Of a stretch of DNA of 64,000 bases, positions 58,808-64,000 are shown piece by piece. Source of the stretch: an uncultured Nitrospiraceae bacterium (GTDB lineage Bacteria; Nitrospirota; Thermodesulfovibrionia; Thermodesulfovibrionales; SM23-35); assembly GCA_963727775.1 (NCBI GenBank), contig CAVSHB010000001.1, positions 1,152,001-1,216,000 on the forward strand, read 5' to 3'. Below the pieces are notes generated by a model that saw only the letters and a program-made list of their open reading frames with translations, did no database searches and was not told the origin of the DNA. Each line of letters begins with the position of its first letter. Position 1 is the stretch's first letter. The translations under genes and the position numbers were made by a program.

Positions 58808-59692
58808 TTATTTCTTGCCGCCGAGCACCTCAGGATGAATTTCGACTTTGGCGTCTTTCATCACTTTGTCTAAGAATTCAGTGACCTTTGTTTTTACCCG
58901 TTCCTGAATGAGCTTCTGGCTGATTTTGTCCTTCACTGCATCGTAGGGCTCTGTCGAGGCGTCTTTCTTTTCTTCAACTTTAATGATGTGATATCCGAAT
59001 TGTGTCTCAACAATACCGCTTGTTTCTCCAGGTTTTAAAGAAAACGCAGCGTCTTCAAATTGTTTTACCATTCGCCCCCTGGAGAAAAAGCCAAGGTCTC
59101 CTCCTTTGGATTTGGACCCTGGGTCATCGGACAGATCTTCTGCGAGTTTTTCGAAATTCTCGCCCGCCTTTATTTTTTTAAGGATATTATTTGCCTTTTC
59201 CTTCGCCTTTTCCTTGTCCTTTTGAGAAGCGGACGGTTCTACCTTAACAAGAATATGCCGCGCCCTTATCATTTCGGGTTTCTTGAACTCATCCGGATGA
59301 GAATCGTAATAGGCCTTTATCTCATCCTCAGGAGCGGTTATCTTGCCGGCAACTTCTCTTTTAATGTATTCATTTGCAAGAAAGTTCTCTCTGTAAAATT
59401 CCAATTGTTCTTTTATGTCGGGTTTTTTATCAAATCCGCTTTGTTTGGCCAACCCGGATACTACTATAGTCTGAATATACTGGTTCAGGATCGCCTCTCT
59501 GATCTGCGGGGTGTTTTCGATCATCTTCTGCTTGTCGCTGTCAAAATTATTTATAATTATTTTTTTGAAATCTGAAACGGTAATTTTTTTGTCCCCGATT
59601 TTTGCAACTATCTCATCGTTTTGTGCTAATGCCTTTCCATGAAAGAATGCAAACACGAGCAAACTACCTATGATACAAACATACCTACGCAT
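58808..59692 (-). CDS. Parvulin-type peptidyl-prolyl isomerase (PrsA/SurA-like)
   Basis: Signal peptide; RARHILV, SDDPGSKSKGGDLG, TQFGYHII. Confidence 0.92.
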   Translation of the reverse strand: MRRYVCIIGSLLVFAFFHGKALAQNDEIVAKIGDKKITVSDFKKIIINNFDSDKQKMIENTPQIREAILNQYIQTIVVSGLAKQSGFDKKPDIKEQLEFYRENFLANEYIKREVAGKITAPEDEIKAYYDSHPDEFKKPEMIRARHILVKVEPSASQKDKEKAKEKANNILKKIKAGENFEKLAEDLSDDPGSKSKGGDLGFFSRGRMVKQFEDAAFSLKPGETSGIVETQFGYHIIKVEEKKDASTEPYDAVKDKISQKLIQERVKTKVTEFLDKVMKDAKVEIHPEVLGGKK

Positions 59693-59908
59693 ACATACCT
59701 CTCCTTTTCCGGTAAATAAATTTAAGTTTTTTTATGTAAACACAAAAATAACAAAATGTCAATTTTCTAAGCAATTCAGCAGTCCTGATTGTTTCCCTTG
59801 ATAATGTTCTCCTGTTTTATCAAATCCATATCAGTTGAATTCGATTCATATCTTAAAGCCTTCTGCGATGGTCCTGATTGCAACTGCTGGTGTGTTTTGT
59901 AATAATAA

Positions 59909-60826
59909 ATGATGCACAAGGTAGGATTCGTTTATAGCGACGTTATGCTGAAGCATGAACCGCCACCCTGGCACCCTGAAAGAAGGGACCGTTTAGTATG
60001 GATTATCAACAGACTGAAAAGTTCGGGATTATGGGAAAGGCTGGTCCATATCGAGCCTGCAAGGGCCGGGCTTGACGATATTGCCCTTGTCCATACACGT
60101 AAACATATAGAAGCAATAAGGACATTTGGTGAAGGAAGTTTGGACCCGGACACATATACTTCCAAAGACAGTATGGAAGCGGCGCTGTACGCAGCCGGCT
60201 CTGTTTTAACGGCTGTGGAGATGTGTAAGCGCGATGGAATCAGGAGATCCTTTTGTGCTGTCCGTCCGCCGGGGCATCACGCGGAAGCGGACCGGTCAAT
60301 GGGGTTCTGTCTCTTTAACAACGTGGCGATCGGAGCAAGATTTGCGCAAAAAACAGGCTACAAGAAGGTATTCATTGTTGATTTCGACGCGCACCACGGA
60401 AACGGAACACAACATATTTTTGAAGAGGACAATACCGTCTTTTATTTCAGTACGCACCAGTATCCGTATTACCCCGACTCGGGAAAAGATTCCGAGAGAG
60501 GGAAGGTAAAAGGGGAGGGATATACCTATAACGTGCAGATATTGAAGGGTTCCGGCGACAAGGAATATCTGAGTGTTTATCAGGATATTTTACCGGACCT
60601 TGTAAGGAGGTTCGGTCCTGATCTTATCCTTGTCTCAGCCGGCTATGATATCCATGTTAAGGACCCCCATGCGGACATCAGGGTCACCGGTGAAGGGGTA
60701 AGGAGCATTGTGCAAAGCATTCTCACTTCTTCGTCCTGCCCCGTGATATTTACCCTTGAAGGCGGGTATGACCTGGAGGCCCTTGCAGAGTCCGTCAGCA
60801 TCAGCATCGAGAAGATGCTTGCCTAA
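59909..60826 (+). CDS. Histone deacetylase family (Zn-dependent) protein
   Basis: HPE, RPPGHHA, GFCLFNN, DFDAHHGNGT, SAGYD, LEGGY. Confidence 0.95.
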   Translation: MMHKVGFVYSDVMLKHEPPPWHPERRDRLVWIINRLKSSGLWERLVHIEPARAGLDDIALVHTRKHIEAIRTFGEGSLDPDTYTSKDSMEAALYAAGSVLTAVEMCKRDGIRRSFCAVRPPGHHAEADRSMGFCLFNNVAIGARFAQKTGYKKVFIVDFDAHHGNGTQHIFEEDNTVFYFSTHQYPYYPDSGKDSERGKVKGEGYTYNVQILKGSGDKEYLSVYQDILPDLVRRFGPDLILVSAGYDIHVKDPHADIRVTGEGVRSIVQSILTSSSCPVIFTLEGGYDLEALAESVSISIEKMLA

Positions 60827-60866
60827 TGATTAATGAGAACTATAGGAGCTACCGAAGGCATAGAGT

Positions 60867-61289
60867 GTGATAATAACAAAGTCTGTTCTGATCAATTCGA
60901 CGATAGAAAAAGTCTGGGAAACGTTTGTTGATCCGGGTTGCTGGCCATACTGGAACACTGTTATGAAAGATGTGAGTGCTGATGGGCATTCATTTGTGAA
61001 TGGGTCATGTTTTAGGTGCAAGTTCCTATTTTTCTTTCCGATAAAGATGATTATCAAGATTGAGCAAATAGTTCCATATTCACGCGTTACATGGTCTTCA
61101 AAGAAATGTGGACTGTCTGCGCGGCATGAATTCTTTTTCCGGGCGGACGGGGACGGAGTTTTCGTTACAAGCAAAGAAGCTTTTTCGGGATTACTTGCAG
61201 CGGGTTCAGGTTTTTTGCTTCCCGTACAAAGAATGCACGACCTGACGCAAATATTTTTGAGGGACCTGAAAAAGGCATGCGAAAAATAA
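60867..61289 (+). CDS. SRPBCC/polyketide cyclase family protein
   Basis: INSTIEKVWETFVDPGCWPYWN...LKKACE. Confidence 0.8.
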   Translation: MIITKSVLINSTIEKVWETFVDPGCWPYWNTVMKDVSADGHSFVNGSCFRCKFLFFFPIKMIIKIEQIVPYSRVTWSSKKCGLSARHEFFFRADGDGVFVTSKEAFSGLLAAGSGFLLPVQRMHDLTQIFLRDLKKACEK

Positions 61290-61330
61290 TTTTGATATAC
61301 TCTTATTACAACAGATTTTTATAACGATAT

Positions 61331-61729
61331 GTGGCTTTAGCGATTATGCAGAAAGAAAAAATAAGGATAACAGTTAAAGACGTTACTCTGGATGCCGAGC
61401 TTTTTGAGACGAAAACCGCGAGGGCTGTTGCAGATGCCCTGCCGATAGAAACGATTACTGAGAAATGGGGAGATGAGTTCTATTTTGAGATTCCCGTTGA
61501 GATGCCGCTGGATGAAACAGCAACGACAAAGGTTAAAGTCGGCGATATAGGTTATTGGCCTCCGGGAAACGCGCTGGCGATATTCTTTGGGCCAACTCCG
61601 ATAAGCAAAGGCTTTGAACCTGTTCCTGCAAGTGATGTAAATATCGTAGGAAAGATCCTTGGAGATGCAACTGTCCTGAAGAAAGTAAACGGCGCAGGCA
61701 AAATCAGGATAGAAAAGGCTTTGCGATAA
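61331..61729 (+). CDS. Cyclophilin-like fold protein (TM1367-like)
   Basis: WGDEFYF...GDIGYWPPGNALAIFFGPTP. Confidence 0.85.
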   Translation: MALAIMQKEKIRITVKDVTLDAELFETKTARAVADALPIETITEKWGDEFYFEIPVEMPLDETATTKVKVGDIGYWPPGNALAIFFGPTPISKGFEPVPASDVNIVGKILGDATVLKKVNGAGKIRIEKALR

Positions 61730-61767
61730 AAGCATCATGGTGTCCCGATTATGAGAAAATTTTATCT

Positions 61768-62589
61768 ATGAAAATATTCGTCTATATCTTTCTTTTTCTA
61801 TCGTTATCGCTGTTGAATGATGCATGCGCGGTTCAAAATAACGATGACGAAGACTGGGTAAAGGAAAAATTAGGGAGATATATCCCCCCTGATATAAGAC
61901 TTAGTGACGAAAACGGAACAAAGGTAAATTTAAAAAATATTATTGACAAGCCTGCCGTTCTTATCTTTGTTTATTATAGCTGCAGCCATCTTTGCCCCCA
62001 GGTGCTCGGTGGACTTGCTGAAGAGATAACCGGCTTAAAACTTGTTCCTGGCAAGGACTATGAAATCATAACGATAAGTTTTGATGATAAAGATACCCCT
62101 GAAACCGCGCGCGTTGTAAAGAATAATTATATTAAGGCGATCAACAGACCTTTTCCCGAAGACGCATGGAAGTTTTTGACAGGGGACAAAGAAAATATAG
62201 ACAAAACTACTAACGCGGTTGGTTTCACTTTCCGGGAAAAAGCGCACGGATTTGTTCATCCCGTTGTGGCTGTAATACTTTCTCCTGAAGGAAAGATATC
62301 CGGCTATCTTCATGTTTCAAAATATGCGTACGGATCAGCTTATCCGGTAACTTTCTCATCATATGACCTTGTATCTGCGCTCAATAGGGCTTCGATGGGA
62401 AAAATCAGCACAGAAATCAGAAAATCTGTGCTTTATTGTTTTCCACACGAGCCGGAAGGACAAAAAAAATATTTCCGGTTATTGAAAGTAGCAGGGACTA
62501 TAACATTGGCTTTAATACTTTGTTTCTTTATATATTTGAGGTCAACAGCAAAGAAGCATGATAAAGGGGGTGAAAGGCTTGGACAATAA
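61768..62589 (+). CDS. SCO1/SenC copper chaperone
   Basis: YYSCSHLCP (CxxxC), WKFLTG, conserved His (FVHP), C-terminal TM. Confidence 0.9.
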   Translation: MKIFVYIFLFLSLSLLNDACAVQNNDDEDWVKEKLGRYIPPDIRLSDENGTKVNLKNIIDKPAVLIFVYYSCSHLCPQVLGGLAEEITGLKLVPGKDYEIITISFDDKDTPETARVVKNNYIKAINRPFPEDAWKFLTGDKENIDKTTNAVGFTFREKAHGFVHPVVAVILSPEGKISGYLHVSKYAYGSAYPVTFSSYDLVSALNRASMGKISTEIRKSVLYCFPHEPEGQKKYFRLLKVAGTITLALILCFFIYLRSTAKKHDKGGERLGQ

Positions 62590-64000
62590 TACAACGGGAG
62601 AAGCCGGCTTTTACAAAGAAACAAGTAAATACCGTGGGATACTTTCCTGGATAATGTCGACTGACCACAAGAGGATAGGGATACAGTATCTCGCCGCCCT
62701 TATCACTTTCTTCTCGATAGGCGTTATCCTCGGACTGCTAATACGCCTCAATCTGATTGCTCCGGGAAAGATAATGGGGCCTCAGACATACAATCAGATA
62801 TTTTCGACCCACGGGATACTTATGATATTTCTCTTTATCATCCCCGGTATCCCCGTTGCTTTCGGGAATTTCTTTCTGCCGATCATGATCGGTGCAAGGG
62901 ATGTTGCATTCCCGCGGCTTAACCGTTTTACCTGGTGGCTTTATATCACAGGCGCGGCAATCATAGCCCTCTCTTTGTTTATTAAGGGAGGTCCACCGGA
63001 TACCGGATGGACATTTTATGCGCCCTACAGCATCCGGACACAGGCCAATATATCGCTCGCTGTCCTCGGGGTCTTTGTCCTCGGGTTCTCTTCGATACTC
63101 ACAGGCCTTAATTTTATAACCACGATTCACCGTCTCAGGGCCCCCGGAATGACATGGTTCAGTATGCCGCTCTTTGTTTGGACCCTTTATGCGACCGGCT
63201 GGGTCCAGTTATTGGCCACGCCTGTCCTTGCCATCACCCTTGTTTTCATCGTCCTCGGCAGGGTCTTCGGGGTAGGATTTTTTGATCCTTCAAAGGGGGG
63301 AGATCCAATCCTTTATGAGCACCTCTTTTGGACATATTCACATCCTGCGGTTTACATCATGGTGTTGCCCGCTATGGGTGTGATCAGCCAGATCATGCCG
63401 GTCTTTTCAAGGAAGAATATATTCGGGTATAAGGCAATTGTATTATCTGCTTTGGGGATCGCGAGTGTCGGCTATTTTGTATGGGGACACCATATGTTTA
63501 CAAGCGGGATGAGCGATACCGCACGCATAATTTTTTCTTTCATCACGTTTTTGGTTGCCGTCCCGTCGGGTGTCAAAATCTTCAATTGGGTTGCAACCAT
63601 GTACAAAGGCTCTATTGTGGTGAACGCTCCCCTTTTGTTCGCCCTGTCATTTATTTTTCTGTTTTCCATAGGAGGTCTCACAGGACTGATAATCGGGTCG
63701 CTTGCGCCGAACCTGCACCTGCACGGTACATATTTTATCGTGGCCCATTTCCATTATGTTATGTTCGGAGGCGCAGGCATGGCCTTTCTTGCGGGGCTGC
63801 ATTACTGGTTTCCGAAGATGTTCGGAAAGATGTACAAGGAGAGACCTGCTAAAATCGGATTGCTGATACTTTTTTTAGGGTTTAATATGCTCTATTTCAG
63901 TATGTTTGTACTGGGGTACAACGGTATGCCGAGGAGATACTTTGATTATCCCCCTCAATATTTTACGGGCCATCTTATATCTACGGTAGGTTCGTGGATA
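62579..64000 (+). CDS. coxA: Cytochrome c oxidase subunit I, A2-type (runs off the window; absent from the ORF track)
   Basis: Open frame STDHKRIG...DVAFPRLN...GWTFYAPY...FWTYSHPAVY...VWGHHMF...VAHFHY...GMPRRY. Confidence 0.95.
   Translation, partial: MDNNTTGEAGFYKETSKYRGILSWIMSTDHKRIGIQYLAALITFFSIGVILGLLIRLNLIAPGKIMGPQTYNQIFSTHGILMIFLFIIPGIPVAFGNFFLPIMIGARDVAFPRLNRFTWWLYITGAAIIALSLFIKGGPPDTGWTFYAPYSIRTQANISLAVLGVFVLGFSSILTGLNFITTIHRLRAPGMTWFSMPLFVWTLYATGWVQLLATPVLAITLVFIVLGRVFGVGFFDPSKGGDPILYEHLFWTYSHPAVYIMVLPAMGVISQIMPVFSRKNIFGYKAIVLSALGIASVGYFVWGHHMFTSGMSDTARIIFSFITFLVAVPSGVKIFNWVATMYKGSIVVNAPLLFALSFIFLFSIGGLTGLIIGSLAPNLHLHGTYFIVAHFHYVMFGGAGMAFLAGLHYWFPKMFGKMYKERPAKIGLLILFLGFNMLYFSMFVLGYNGMPRRYFDYPPQYFTGHLISTVGSWI

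Overview
Bacterial chromosomal segment. The gene set (NIF-type nifU/nifS, MutS2, AddAB, multiheme cytochrome c, A2-type heme-copper oxidase) suggests a Nitrospirota/Thermodesulfovibrionia-like or deltaproteobacteria-like organism; this is inference. The left edge holds the 5' half of a tRNA-Leu(UAA) gene behind an intact promoter, broken just after the anticodon loop by what looks like an integrase att site. About 0.4-16 kb is housekeeping (nifUS, pepA, cardiolipin synthase, two MDR dehydrogenases, mutS2, rarA). An accessory region of about 16-38.6 kb follows tRNA-Ala(GGC). It carries a lipoprotein PLD, AsmA, and a PAS sigma-54 activator with its probable enhancer and promoter upstream of a run of small envelope lipoproteins. 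It also carries an IS200, an 11-heme cytochrome, an FKBP-glycosyltransferase fusion, several IS scars and three tandem PIN toxin-antitoxin pairs. The most interesting hidden feature is at 40.6-41.7 kb, where the ORF track splits or misses two adjacent probable selenoprotein genes: a DsbC/DsbG-like oxidoreductase with a U-P-Y-C active site, and a 46-aa single-TM protein. Each has an in-frame UGA followed by a SECIS-like hairpin. The right third is mostly housekeeping (hemW, uvrD/pcrA, addAB, hpt, queD, acyl-CoA dehydrogenase, PPIase, HDAC, SCO, partial cytochrome c oxidase subunit I) with two more TA pairs. All calls come from motif recognition by eye; no database searches were run.
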